Shown piece after piece: positions 10,887-22,855 of a stretch of 48,499 bases of DNA (within the stretch, counting starts at the first letter, position 1; each line of letters begins with the position of its first letter). Below the pieces are notes generated by a model that had not been told where the DNA came from, ran no database searches, and saw only the letters and a list, made by a program, of their open reading frames with translations. The stretch spans positions 1-48,499 of the forward strand of contig LVLI01000083.1 of NCBI GenBank assembly GCA_001687465.1, given 5' to 3'. Source of the stretch: Halocafeteria seosinensis (taxonomy: Eukaryota). A program made the translations under genes and the position numbers.

Positions 10887-13800
10887 CTATCTCATTGTAC
10901 GATCAAGGAGAGCTTCTGTATTGTTCTTTATCCATACGCTCTCCAAGCATTTCTGTCGGGATTTACCTTCATTAGCACTGATATACTGGAAGTATGACTC
11001 AAGACAGTGCTTCACCCTTTTCCAAACTATCTTGTCAACTCTCGACTCCACCTCTTCTCTGCTAAACAATTGGACATGAGCCTGTAGCATGAGTAGATCT
11101 TCGTCTCCAATATCGGCCATGCGGTCTCCGTACACAGAGTTGCCCCAAAAAGAAGCAGCTACTTGATCAATCCAATAGACGTATACTATGGGGGAAACAC
11201 CATCGAATTCATGGGGTAGGTTCAGTTCCAAAGGTGCTCGAGAGAGAATACCTTGAAGAACCAGAAACACCGGTAGCTTCCTCACTGCATCATTATCAAC
11301 ACCTAGTTGTTCGGTGGGAGTCAGCAAGAACTGTTTGAAGGCTCTTAGCATTTGGTGGCTCCTACCTAGATGCTCCAGTGTGTTGTCGGTGCACAAACTT
11401 GAAATTGCCTTTTCAAATTGCGCAATATCACTTACACATTGGTTTCTTGTTTCTTCGTTCATAGGGCTCACAAGGGATAGGCTCTGGAGAAACATGTACG
11501 TCAGACGTTTTGCTATACCATTACAGACGTCTTCGCGGATTGAAGCATCGGTCGGTAAACTTGCCAGATTCCTGTCCGCCAACAACTTGGAATCAATCTC
11601 CAGCTGATCCAAGTACTGAGAAGAATCAGCCTGATTCTGTTTGGAAAATAGAGGGCGAAGCCGTTGAATTAGTAACCCTGAAATACCGATTGCTTGCGGA
11701 TAGAGAATCATCCGGATAAGCCTGGAGATGGAATTTTCGCAAGGAGACAGGAGGCCCGCAGCAAGGTCAAAGCACTCTTCCGCGGCAGCACTATCTCGTA
11801 AAGCCTCTAATCGCCGTTCGACAGTACGAATACACTGCTCTAAGCTCGACAAGAAGTACTGCAAACGCTCCAACCAATCACCGCAATATTGCCGAGAAAT
11901 ACCTGGATTCCATAAATGTTCTGCCGATATCGCATATCGATGCTCACGCGTCAATTGATCGATTTTAGAAACAAAACTTTGAACTGCCATTAAAACAGAT
12001 TCGGCACTGATTGCCAAAAGGGATTGATCATTTTGACACAGCAGCAAATATTCTGATATCTTTTGGCATAATCTCGAAATGCTTTCATGAGATACTATTC
12101 CTGGGTCCTCCATATGCTGATTCGGCGTCCCCACACACAATGCCGCCCATAGCGGATCAGTAGATACGTCGCAATTTCTCTGCTGGAGCCAAGAGGAGGC
12201 TTCCACTTCCCACTGTTTCGACAGCTCCACAAGCTTAGTATCTGCGGAGCCTTCCTCGAACCACTGCCTAAGTTTGTCCATTTGTAAAACGGAAGGTACG
12301 TTAGGAGTTTTTGCCTCCTCAGTTGTCGGCGGAAAGCGTATTTCCTGAAAGGAATACTGCACAGCGGCTTTCAAGTTGCGGCCTAGGGAGGAAACAAACT
12401 TATCGGTGAACGACTGTACACAGCGAAGCATTTCACGTTGGTGACGATGTCCGCCGACTCCTTCTGCTGCCCATTCGTTTGCCAAAAAATTCATCAGCTC
12501 GTCTTCCTGTGCCTCACGCGAAGGATTCGGTGTCGACCTCAGTGAGACACGGGCGGTGCTGGTATAGACGCGATCCAAGGAAGACCGAATATACCACCGT
12601 AGTTTGGGTGTCTCACGAACTACGATCCGATGAATATATTTGCTCTTGTATTGCTCCTGAAATTCACGAAGATGTATGGATAATCTATCGCTATCTTGGA
12701 GAACCTCGCCAGCAGCAACATCGAAAACGTCCTTCACCGAAATAAGCGTATACTGCCAAAAGCATTCAAAGACGCTGAGCTTTAGTGCAGCATGGATTGA
12801 TCGACTACTCAACGCGTTCTCAACTAGGGGATGGAGCACCCTCAATGACTTATTTCCTTTACGTCTCCTTCTTTTCAAACTATTTAATAAATGGTGCAGG
12901 AGAGACTTTTGCGAGTACGGGTCGCGCTTCCGTCCCAAGACCCTTTGCAAGCTCCAGATTTGCACACTGACGCGAAAAAGCTTCTGCGAAAACCGCTCAG
13001 CCTGCTTCCAAATTCGTTCATACCAAATATCACGTTGCTGGTCGGTCGGTTCCGTTGCAACATCTTCGTTACGACGGTGTAGTTCCTCAATGGAAAAGTT
13101 TTCTCCATCTTTCCGATCTATAGCTGCACAGTGAAATATTGCCAGGGTCGAAGTAAAGAGAGAGTCGGCACAGTTTTCGAGGATATGTTCGACAACTTCC
13201 GGAAGATCTCCAAGATCGTGGGCTGCCTGCATTGCGGCTCCTAATTCAGCCTGGTTTAAACTTTGGGCGCTTTCTTGCGCAACTTGAGAGAGCCGAGTCC
13301 TGATCAATCGCCCAACACGCTTCACAATTGGTCGCTGCTCCTCTACTGCTTCTACACGTGATAACGAGATATCCATCAGCAGGTCTTCCGCTTCCCGAAG
13401 AGAAGGAACAGCCCTTACGAGGTCTCTTCCCAACCATGTGTTTATTTGCTCTTGAACCTTTTCACTTTCTAACGTCGCTCCTGTGGCCTTTTTCATCGAC
13501 TGTGGAGATGATACTTGGGACAAGAGCCTCTTGGTTACTTGCTGTAGAGCAAGGGTCTTTCTTAGAACTGCAGTACACTGCAGTACCCGTCTCAGGGACT
13601 TGCTCTTACCCTGCAATTCCTCGTACGGTGTCGAAATTTGAGTCTTGATCCGTTCAATATCCTGCCGCAGTTCCTGAGCGTCGTCATTTACTTCATTGAC
13701 CGTGCTTTGAAGTTTCGCTGCTTTGTTTGCCTCCGCTAAAAGATCGTCCTGGTGCGATACCACAATTCTTTGAATTTCACTATCCACCACTCTTTGTAAT

Positions 13801-14186
13801 TTGCCCGTCTTGCGTAGCAAGGATTCCGCTACAGAATCTTCTCCCCCTTCGTCTGCGGCAAATGAAGTCCGCAAGCTAGCTTGGTTTCCCTTCTTCAAAT
13901 GCTCTCGAATAAACTCTCTAGCGTCAAACTCCTCCGTACTATGCCCTGTTGTGCTGCTAAAGGGATGGTGATGGTCTCCTGGTGCAATTCCATCAAACAA
14001 GGGTTCCAAACCTCTGCAAACCAATACCAAGTGAAAGAACCAATTCACGGTTTTCATAACGCGCTCATCAAGGGCAAAACTAACGTACGGATCAGCACGA
14101 AACTCTTCCAAAGCAGAGGGAAGAGGAGTTTGATGAAGATAATGCCCACTGCTGCTAGTTCGAGTTCGGCTTCTGGATTCCCCCAT
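10887..14186 (-). CDS. COG5: Conserved oligomeric Golgi complex subunit 5-like
   Basis: FDAREFI...DSEIQRIVVSHQDDLL N-terminal coiled coil, LNQAELGAAMQAAHDLGDL, LSLVSPMNEE, SDIAQFE and LRAFKQFL all match the COG5 pattern. First true ATG at 14186; a short in-frame intron is probable near 14089-14014. Confidence 0.8.
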   Translation of the reverse strand: MGESRSRTRTSSSGHYLHQTPLPSALEEFRADPYVSFALDERVMKTVNWFFHLVLVCRGLEPLFDGIAPGDHHHPFSSTTGHSTEEFDAREFIREHLKKGNQASLRTSFAADEGGEDSVAESLLRKTGKLQRVVDSEIQRIVVSHQDDLLAEANKAAKLQSTVNEVNDDAQELRQDIERIKTQISTPYEELQGKSKSLRRVLQCTAVLRKTLALQQVTKRLLSQVSSPQSMKKATGATLESEKVQEQINTWLGRDLVRAVPSLREAEDLLMDISLSRVEAVEEQRPIVKRVGRLIRTRLSQVAQESAQSLNQAELGAAMQAAHDLGDLPEVVEHILENCADSLFTSTLAIFHCAAIDRKDGENFSIEELHRRNEDVATEPTDQQRDIWYERIWKQAERFSQKLFRVSVQIWSLQRVLGRKRDPYSQKSLLHHLLNSLKRRRRKGNKSLRVLHPLVENALSSRSIHAALKLSVFECFWQYTLISVKDVFDVAAGEVLQDSDRLSIHLREFQEQYKSKYIHRIVVRETPKLRWYIRSSLDRVYTSTARVSLRSTPNPSREAQEDELMNFLANEWAAEGVGGHRHQREMLRCVQSFTDKFVSSLGRNLKAAVQYSFQEIRFPPTTEEAKTPNVPSVLQMDKLRQWFEEGSADTKLVELSKQWEVEASSWLQQRNCDVSTDPLWAALCVGTPNQHMEDPGIVSHESISRLCQKISEYLLLCQNDQSLLAISAESVLMAVQSFVSKIDQLTREHRYAISAEHLWNPGISRQYCGDWLERLQYFLSSLEQCIRTVERRLEALRDSAAAEECFDLAAGLLSPCENSISRLIRMILYPQAIGISGLLIQRLRPLFSKQNQADSSQYLDQLEIDSKLLADRNLASLPTDASIREDVCNGIAKRLTYMFLQSLSLVSPMNEETRNQCVSDIAQFEKAISSLCTDNTLEHLGRSHQMLRAFKQFLLTPTEQLGVDNDAVRKLPVFLVLQGILSRAPLELNLPHEFDGVSPIVYVYWIDQVAASFWGNSVYGDRMADIGDEDLLMLQAHVQLFSREEVESRVDKIVWKRVKHCLESYFQYISANEGKSRQKCLESVWIKNNTEALLDRTMR

Positions 14187-14571
14187 TGCTTTCTCTCTGT
14201 TGAGCTCCACGAGAAATGCGGTTACTCACTCATGAATGATACTATTTGGGTTATATATCATCATTACTACTTCGCAAAACACCATGAAATCCGTGAATGG
14301 TTGGCATGTATCTTAAGTGAACGAAATGTTTGCGCGCTTTACAGTTCCAGGCTGGAATTGGTACATACACGGTGTATATTGTCCTTGTCTTGGTATATAC
14401 CACAGTGTATAGTCACAAGCCTCATAATGGGGAACGAAAAGCTCGTTGTATGTCTTGTGTGTGTGTGTAATCGGCGTCAAGAAGTGGTGTATACAGGTTG
14501 CGTAGGGGCGAGAAGTTAAGTTCTGGTTACTACGTGTATAATAGGCGTTTTGGTAGCGCACAAGAGTAACG

Positions 14572-15791
14572 ATGGATAATCGCCAGCATCAGCAGTATCA
14601 GTACGGTCCTCCACAGCAGTCTCAGGGTCAGCCGATCCCGCAACAAGCTCCGTATTACATGTTTGGAGGTGCGCCGGTTGGAGCTCCAACGAGTGCTCCA
14701 CTCTACACAAGTAGTTATGACCCCACTGTAGCCGCCGCCGGCAGCAGCAGTGTTCTTGGAGGTGGCATGGGGCCACCTCCACCAGCCGCCGCAGCACCAC
14801 ATGGATGGGGTGAATACTATGGTATGTTGACTCCGATAACCAAACTTGCTGTTTCGTGCCCACCGAGTCTTTCGTACACGTGCAGCACCGGACGGAACAC
14901 CTTACTATTACAACAGTATTACTCAGGTGTCGCAGTGGGAAAAGTACGTCGCTCACTTAATATCAATGCTGCCTATGGAAGTGAGGGATATCGACCGCGT
15001 ACTGTTGTCGCAGACCACCCGAATTACAACAGTATGGCGCAGCGATGATGGTGGGTGCACCTGCGCCTAATGCCTCAGACCCGATGGTATATGGCGGACA
15101 CAATGCGGTGCCGATGAATACTAGTCTACCGATGCAAATGATGATGACTCCCGATGGTACAGTGTTGTCGAGGTTTCTACGATATGGAGATTGCAACCAA
15201 GTGACTTAATATTGTTGCAGGGCAACGCATCGATCCTGTAGCAGGACAATCATACCCTAATGCTATGCCCCTGGATGCCTCCAATACGACCGCAGGTGTT
15301 ACTGACCCAGGTTCTGCTGGTATGGCTTTCTCTGTGTAGACGAATACCTAAACAGCCATAGACACTGTTTCCCTTCTGATACGTTCAGGCACCGGAGTTG
15401 CAGCCCCCATAGGTCCGGGACCACCTATTCAAAAGACCGAACATGCGCAAGGTACGAATGTCTACATTCTTTTATATAGGATAGGTGGATACTGAGACCT
15501 GAGTGCCCTAGTGCAGGCCCAGTGGGGTGTAATTTATTCATCTTTCATATCCCAAATGACATGACAAACCGGGATTTATATAATTATTTTTCTGCTTATG
15601 GGAACGTCATATCGGCACGGATTATGGTAGAACGTGAGACGGGGAGAAGTCGCGGATTCGGTTTCGTATCGTTCGATAATAGAGAAGCTGCAGAAAATGC
15701 GATTTCTGGTATGGATGGGTTCCAAATAGGAAGAAAGAGACTTAAAGTCAAGCACAAAGAGGAACGAAATAGGCAGCAGAACGCATCTTGA
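14572..15791 (+). CDS. RNA-binding protein with a WW domain and a CELF/Bruno-type C-terminal RRM; about 6 exons
   Basis: Splicing 14822-14885 and 14944-15013 builds the WW domain HGWGEYYAPDGTPYYYNSITQVSQWEKP. The RRM is GPVGCNLFIFHIP...GRSRGFGFVSFDN...IGRKRLKV (CELF RRM3-like). Further introns lie near 15156-15220, 15320-15388 and 15452-15516. Confidence 0.85.
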
Positions 15792-15912
15792 GGCGGTGAG
15801 TCAACATCTGCCGTCTCTGATTGTGTCTGAGTAGGCAACAGATATCCTGTAATCGTGTTCATTATGTACTGTGAAGAAAGATACAAGTCAATAGGAAACA
15901 AACAAGAGAACA

Positions 15913-18687
15913 TTAACACTCTGCCAAAAGAATACCGACGGCAGTTTCCATCTCGTCAGCCTCGGTCTTCAGCTGCTCTGCTACTCTTTTATTCACATTA
16001 ATTTGTATTGCAATGTCATTTATTATTGTTGCGACAGCATCCAGTTGGTCCGTCCCCGACAATGTCGTGCAGGTCTTGCCGTCGTTGCACTTCCTGTAAA
16101 ACAACAGATACAATGGAGCAACTGGTCACGTATGGTAGTGGCAACGAGAAGAGCCAGTATACCTACTTTGGATCCTCTCCATCGTCGGTGGCATCATCGG
16201 TTGCATCATCTTGGGGCGTATCGTTCCCCGTGTCATCATTGAAATAATCGTCCCCCGCGTCATCATTGAAATAATCGTCCCCCCCGTCATCATTGAAAAA
16301 ATCGTCATCATTGTTATAATAGTCGTCTCCCCCTTCATCATCGAAGGGGACATCGTCATTCGGGGCGGTACTTGGGGGTGCATCATCGGGTGGTGGTGGC
16401 TGCAATATGCAAAGGACGAGACCGTTGACCGAGTTAGTAACCCAGACAACATTGAGTATTAATGCTTACAGGTGCTTCCGATGGTTCTGGGATGTCATCC
16501 GCTGGGGCGTACGGATCATCATCCACGTTTTCTGAATCGATGAGCTGGGATAATATGGCCCAGCCAGTAGCTCCACCAGAATCACCGGTTGTGTTAAACC
16601 AAACACCTGCTTGAGCGCTGAATACGGTTACCTGATAGTTTTCATATTTGGCTGGATCGGCAGCCACGTCAGCACCAGTGATTTCTTCCCAAAGAGACTC
16701 TTTGTCATTTAGGGTTCCTCGATAAAATCCCAGTATGTGATCCGGTGAGTTTTTCAGGTCAAGACGTTGGATGAGGAAACGACTATACTTCGTCACACCT
16801 TCCTCAGGGGCTGACTCCGGTGCAAATATCCACGAGCAATCGATATCGCTTTCATAAGGCTCCGCATCTGCACTTCCATCTGTTATAATCTTCGAACCAT
16901 GAACGATGTTCCTTTCTTGGCAATCCTGTGTGATGCATTTAGGGCAGCACATCTGACTATCCAAATTGAGATGTATTCACGTCGATTCTCGGACTTACAG
17001 GGAAATAATCATCGCCATAGTCATCAGGGACTTCATCGTCATCTGTCAACTGCGTTTTGCATTGTTCATAGTTGAGAGGGTGTGTACATATATGTATAAT
17101 CGATGTGCTGTGCTTACTTCAGCTTCGATTCGGAATTTTATAATGGAGTCCTTCACTTGGCCCTCAGTATCGGACTGCAACGTGACTACTGAAGTACCCT
17201 CACCTACAGGGAAAGTCATTCCTACCAAATCCGCTTGCCCTGTGATATTATCACCTTTAACCCTGAAGAGAATGTCCTCCTCCAAATGACGTCTTTGCGG
17301 TGGTGCTTGATCATCACCGGCGGGGTCGTCATCAGTGGCGTCTGGGTCCCCTTTGTAGACGATCAGCTCTATTGAGCTAGATTGAAACAATTCAAGTTGT
17401 AGCACTGTAATTTTGATAGTGTCTTCCAAGCCGGGGGTAGATAGTGTGATTCGACAGAATTTTGATGACTGCTCTGATCCTTCGTTTTCTCCACTCCCCG
17501 GATGGATAAATTCTCCTGTCTCACCAGCAGCTACAGACACGTCTTGAAAGCAGTCAGGCTGCAAGCAAAGAAAAGCACTCAATACCGAGTTACTCTACGG
17601 CATTACTCGATGTGAAACATACTTCTGGAGGGGGGACAAATTGGGTGAATAACTTCAGCTCCAACTTGAACCCCGTTCCGTCCACAGGTGTCCCGGTATC
17701 TCTAGCCTGCCATACAATCGTCATTTTCCCGGTTCTACCCGAAAACGTCATAGCGGGGTTTTCACCGTCTCCAACTATAAAAGGGAAGAGCGCGCTGTCG
17801 GCCCCGCTCACTATGTGGAGATCTGTCTCGTATTCGTCACCGTCATAGATGGCTACATAGTGCTGGTCCTGCATCTCGGTAAGGTCCAATGCTTTGTACG
17901 TCGCATCGACTGTATCAGGTGCCTCAGGGTCGTTAATGTCCCATGTTACGGTCCAACGACAGTGTCGTGGGACAACGTAGTTAGCACTTTCATCAGAGCC
18001 ATCTGTTATGATCTCCGGGTCCTGGGCTCCTTTAGCAAAAGTCACCGTACCGCCACAATCTTGGTTGACCGGCAACTGCAACTCACAACGGTCATAAAAT
18101 GGATATAATCTATTTCCATCAATGCTTGCAGCCAGTGCAACTTACTACAGGGATAGACTCGTAATTCATGGTTATTCCCGTTTTTCCACCACTGTCGCCA
18201 GTGGTCTTAAACTTTATGGTACCGTTTATTTGCGGGATAAAGTTAGGTGTTTGCAATAGTTGTGGTGCTGCCTTTGCTATTAAGTCTCCTGTTAGTTTCT
18301 TCAAGGGTTCCTCTGCTAGATCAGGAGCATGGTTTCGGTAGAAGCTTATGAAATGGTTTTCGTCGCTTTTGACGTCAAGTCTCTCGAAATTAACCAGTAT
18401 TTGGTTTCCCTCCGTGACGGCTATCTCCCATGTGCAGTCTGCGTCTGCTGCATAGGGATCGGCCTCTGCACTTCCTTCCGTAAAGGAAACTCCTACGGAT
18501 GGATTGGGGTCGCCACATTCTTGCTGAAGGAAAACAGAAATATGGATGAGCAATTGGAAGGAAGCCATAAGCGATTGGCCGCACTTACTGCATTTGCGCG
18601 ATCTACTAGTAAAACAAGTAACAGAGAACTGCATATGTGTAGACACAGGTGCTTTGGGTGGAACATTGTCTCTGCTCTCGGGGTCAT
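15913..18687 (-). CDS. Secreted multi-CUB-domain protein with an acidic Asp/Tyr repeat and a C-terminal coiled coil; multi-exon
   Basis: Signal-peptide exon MFHPKHLCLHICSSLLLVLLVDRANA, then intron 18588-18524. CUB motifs TEGS..YAADADCTWEI, ITDGS..YVVPRHCRWTV and ITDGS..YESDIDCSWIF, plus a fourth divergent CUB-like unit. Intron 16166-16094 joins the acidic repeat to the final amphipathic helix. Confidence 0.8.
16232..16306. repeat. Coding ~27-nt tandem repeat (GDDYFNDD units)
   Basis: gtcatcattgaaataatcgtcccc.. occurs about 3 times. Confidence 0.9.
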
Positions 18688-19625
18688 CTTCCCAGGGCAG
18701 TCCTAGTGGCCCTTGTGGCCCGTTGCTTTTTTGTTGTTTCCGGCAGATCTACAACGGATGCTGCTTCGCTTAGGGAAGCAAAATGCTTTCCAGCTCAACA
18801 AATTTGCGTTGTACTTCTTCACTGTCTACAACCAGTGTGGTTTACACTCGTTGACCGGGTTGGCAGTACCAAGACAGTGGCAGAATAGACTATGTACAGC
18901 AACTTGAACCCTTCTCCGAAACAGTTTGCTGGGTTCAACCTCTGGGGAGACTTCAATGTAGCCTTCAGCCTGAAGGCTTCAGGGGTTTCAATCGCCATTG
19001 TACGTGTATACACTGGTACTTCTTTGTCATTCTCCATGACGAGGAAGAGTTACGACGATGGCTAGTGAGCATTTGTGGCTTTGGTACGCTAACGTGTACA
19101 AGTAGTGTTAGCACACACATACCTGGCATACGGGTATGTTCCAATTTTAATAACGACGTCTAGATCTGGACTTCCTGTTATCCAGCGTATGGCGCTGGCT
19201 GCCAGCCGCACTGCTGGTGGTCGACACCAAGGATTTAGACAGAAACGTATCATTCATTTGAACATTTATTTATTTTCTTTTATTTTTTTGGCTGTGCCAC
19301 AGACGGTGGACCTATATTCCTTGGAAGTTGTACCACCCCGGCTTCGACGTTGACAGCATTTTGCACCTCGCGGTCCCGATTCTGAAAACATGCTGCCTGT
19401 TGAACCCGCTTCTTACTTTCTATGGGCTTCAACCCACTTCTGGTATAGTTTGCCTTAGAGTATTGTTGTTGAAGTGCTCAGCCTGCTCAGGCTATGTTCG
19501 TCGTATACTACCATGGTAGTGTGTACAGTCCGTTTTGTAGTAATATTCAATTCATACCAGATACATTAAGACTACTTACATTTTATTGTTAATACTGGAC
19601 GGCTTTGTATAGAACATGGGCGGAA

Positions 19626-21189
19626 ATGCCGTTCTCACTAGCTGCTGGGAATTACACAAGAAAATCAAAGTTACATGCCAACGAGGATCGAGTGGCAGGG
19701 TGGACAGACTTAGAGAAGGAACTCCACGTAACTTTTCCCCAAAAAATAGGGTTGTACAGTAAGTGTGAGCTTGTATGACTGCTGAGAAATGGTGTCCAGA
19801 TCGGTAACGGGATTGCTGCGTTTGTTTTCGTTTATTACAGTGGTCGCAGATGGACATGGTGGGCAGAAATGCAGCCATTACCTATCACAGAATTTGCCAA
19901 AGATGCTGATGGATGTATGTAGAAGGCATTTAGCTCGTAATACCCTGTATTTGTTGTTTTAGCGACGAAACTGTCTCTGGATCCCCGTGCGTGACGTCGC
20001 AGTCATCGCTGCACGAGTTGGAGCAACTATCTGCTGATGGACAAGACCCAACATCGGATGCAATGCATCTGAAACAAGCAGTAGCCAACCTGATCCAAGA
20101 ATCAGAGACGAGCTGGATGAGTCATTCGTCACGACCGGCAGACCGGGCTCGCGATACGAGTGGTGCCTGCTTGACAGTTGCTCTTGTGGGAGAGTCTTAC
20201 CTCTCAGTCGGTAATGGTACGTAAAGCGCGCTTGCTTATTGACATATAGTTGTAATCGTGTAAGCTTGTGCTATTTTGGCACTTCAGTTGGAGACTGTAA
20301 GGCAGTAATCGTCCGGGCCGACGGTACGGTTGAGCAACTTACGTACGACCACCGCTCTGACAATCCAGCTGAGAAAACACGGATAATAAAGGCGGGGGGT
20401 TATGTTTCTCGGGGTTACGTTTTTGGAATGCTACAACCTTCCAGGTCTATAGGCGATTTCGATGTTAAATCTGTCAAAGGGCGAAATCCCAAATACCCTG
20501 TTCTGTCGTGGAAGCCGTTTGTCTCCACTGCAGTGATTACTGAGACAGACATGGCCACGATCAAAGAGACCAGAGCTGCCAAAATGGCACCGGTACCTAC
20601 GAAGAGGAGAACAGCTAACAAGCGGCTTACCAAGTATAGGAGCTCCTCTGACGTTCTGAACATCGGCAGATATGGGAAGGAGGCTAGCTCCCGCTTCAAT
20701 GCACCCCAGCCGGTTGAGTCGGCAACAGCAGCATCTCTTAACAACGCAACAGGAGCTAATGACAAACCACCTGACATCAATAGTCTTGCTAAGCAGATGG
20801 AAAATGTTTCCGTCGGTCAAAGGTCCAGTGCACCCCCTAGTACCGCAAGTGCTGCTTCGGCTGCATCTTCAATAAGAGAACCGTTTTTCCCAGATCACAC
20901 GAAACACCCATCCACTGCACCGGTGGCGGAAGACGGGCCTTTTGATACATGCGAAACAATTCGAAGGAAATGCCGTTTCGCAATACCTCCTGTCTGCTTC
21001 TTGGTACTCGCAAGCGACGGAGTTTGGGATTTCATGACAATCGACCACTCCGTTGCGACGATAGCGAATGAACTTCACTCCACCATGGATCCTAACTCAG
21101 CTGCTGCTTCACTGGCAGATGAGGCTGTAGCTCAAGGCAGTATGGACGATGTTAGTGTCTCTGTGCTGTGGTTTCGATCAGAGGGTTAA
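19626..21189 (+). CDS. Protein phosphatase 2C (PPM family); multi-exon
   Basis: ANEDR, VADGHGG, SGAC, VGDC, DHRSD..EKTRI, SRSIGD, LASDGVWD and MDDVSV. The start ATG is inferred. Confidence 0.88.
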
Positions 21190-21203
21190 ACCGCATCCTC
21201 AGC

Positions 21204-21942
21204 TCATTCATTTTGACGTGAGCTTCCTGCTTCCTGTGCAGAACAATGGGAATTCAGCTCTTCTGCTTCTCTTTCTGCGTGTAGTTCCATCGATGCTCTT
21301 TTGTAAAGAATGTACAGTAAAAACGTAACCTGATATTGCCTACCTAATTCTTTGGACCTCCGTTTCATGTCCAGTGCGGCATTGTGTAGCAACCGGAAGT
21401 CAGCAGATAAAGTCCGCAAGATTCGTAGGTACTGCATCGTTTCTTTCTCTGTGTGCATGGGACGACTATGAAGCACTTGGTAGAGTTAAGCTGTTGAGAC
21501 AGGATGTTTGCAACATACTTCTTGTATTCAGTTGCGTCACATGGGCATGGATGTTGGAAATATTGTCGCCTAACTCGGCCATGCTAGAGGTGACGATTTT
21601 ATGCACATATGAGAGCGTTTTCAACTCGTCCGAAGTCCCTCGTATTTGTAGTGATATGGCGTCTGATACCTTCTTGAGCGCATACTCGGTATTTCGCTTC
21701 AAATGGGGAACAGATTCTGCTACGCCATCCACCGTTCCTGAAAAAGCTTCAGCCCATTCCGTTTCTGTCACGGTCGGAGCCGCTTCGGCTGCTGTTGAAC
21801 TGACTTGCTGCTGTCCCGTAGATCTCTCTTCAACGTCAGTGTCTCTAGTATCGGGGAGTGATAGAGTCTGCGCACCCGAAGCATCTTCAGCTGTTGACGC
21901 AATGGGCTCCTCCATTGGCGTTTGATCCTCCCGCGCACTCAT
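21204..21942 (-). CDS. BLOC-1 subunit 2 (BLOS2)-like coiled-coil protein; 2-3 exons
   Basis: ALKKVSDAISLQIRGTSDELKTLSYVHKIV...LNTR|..MQYLRILRTL..LHNAALDMKRRSKEL follows the spacing of the BLOC1_2 family. The 3' end is uncertain. Confidence 0.5.
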
Positions 21943-22855
21943 CTCTTCAAACTCAGAAGCCACTGAACACGATGACACCTCACGCTGGAGCTGTCTTCAG
22001 TACACTACCTATCCGTGGTACCGTCTATAGTGCTGTGTACTCAATTCTCAGAGATAGCGCTTATCATCGATCCAGTTTGTGAAGCAGAAAAGATTGGCAT
22101 GCCATTCAGAAGGTGGGACCATGGGGTGTGAGGGAAAGTCGATACACTGTCACGGAATAGTCATGGAACTGACATGGTTGCATGATGTATTTGAGAATTG
22201 CTCAACCGGGGCCTAACCGTAACTTACGGCTAAGTGCTTGGTCGTCAAACGACTGCGCTCAGCGTTGGTGATCGTCGACGTTCAATCTTCAGCACCAGAA
22301 TGACCGATGCTGGGCAACTACTTAACTAGTATGAAGTGTTGTCCGTTACTATGTATAGTCCCACAGTCATAACAGACTCTCATTTTCACTGCCTGCCATG
22401 CGTCTCAACACATGTGCTACGCTGAGTATGACGCACTGTACCATCGAGACCAGTGGCTGGGCTACCGTGCAATTTATCCATTTCTAGCCATGGCCTGGAG
22501 AGGCATAAACGGACAACTTGTGTGCACACAAACGGGCTATTTGTACGAAAGTTGGATGGATTGTCGTTGTCAAGGTTCCGTTGCGACTAGTATTGCGACC
22601 GCCATCCAAAGTGCTTCAAGACAGCCTATATGCGCTAGACACTATATATAGCAGGATGAAAATCGCCGACTTTGTCAAACGAAGGAACTGCAGGAACTAC
22701 ACCTCAATGGCAGACAGGAAAAGCCCCTCCTCAATCATCAGGTGCAAATTGGACGCTGTAGATACGAGTCGATGGGTTACGCGCGTCGTCGGAGCTAACC
22801 GTATTTTTTCAAGCGACACCGCTGGAACTTTTAGTTTACTGGACTAGCGCCTATA

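Noticed and set aside
11314..14519. Numerous plus-strand ORFs within COG5, and similar shadow ORFs elsewhere
   Set aside because: They are antisense shadows of well-supported genes.
16232..16306. CRISPR-like repeat array
   Set aside because: The repeats are adjacent with no spacers and are coding within a eukaryotic gene.
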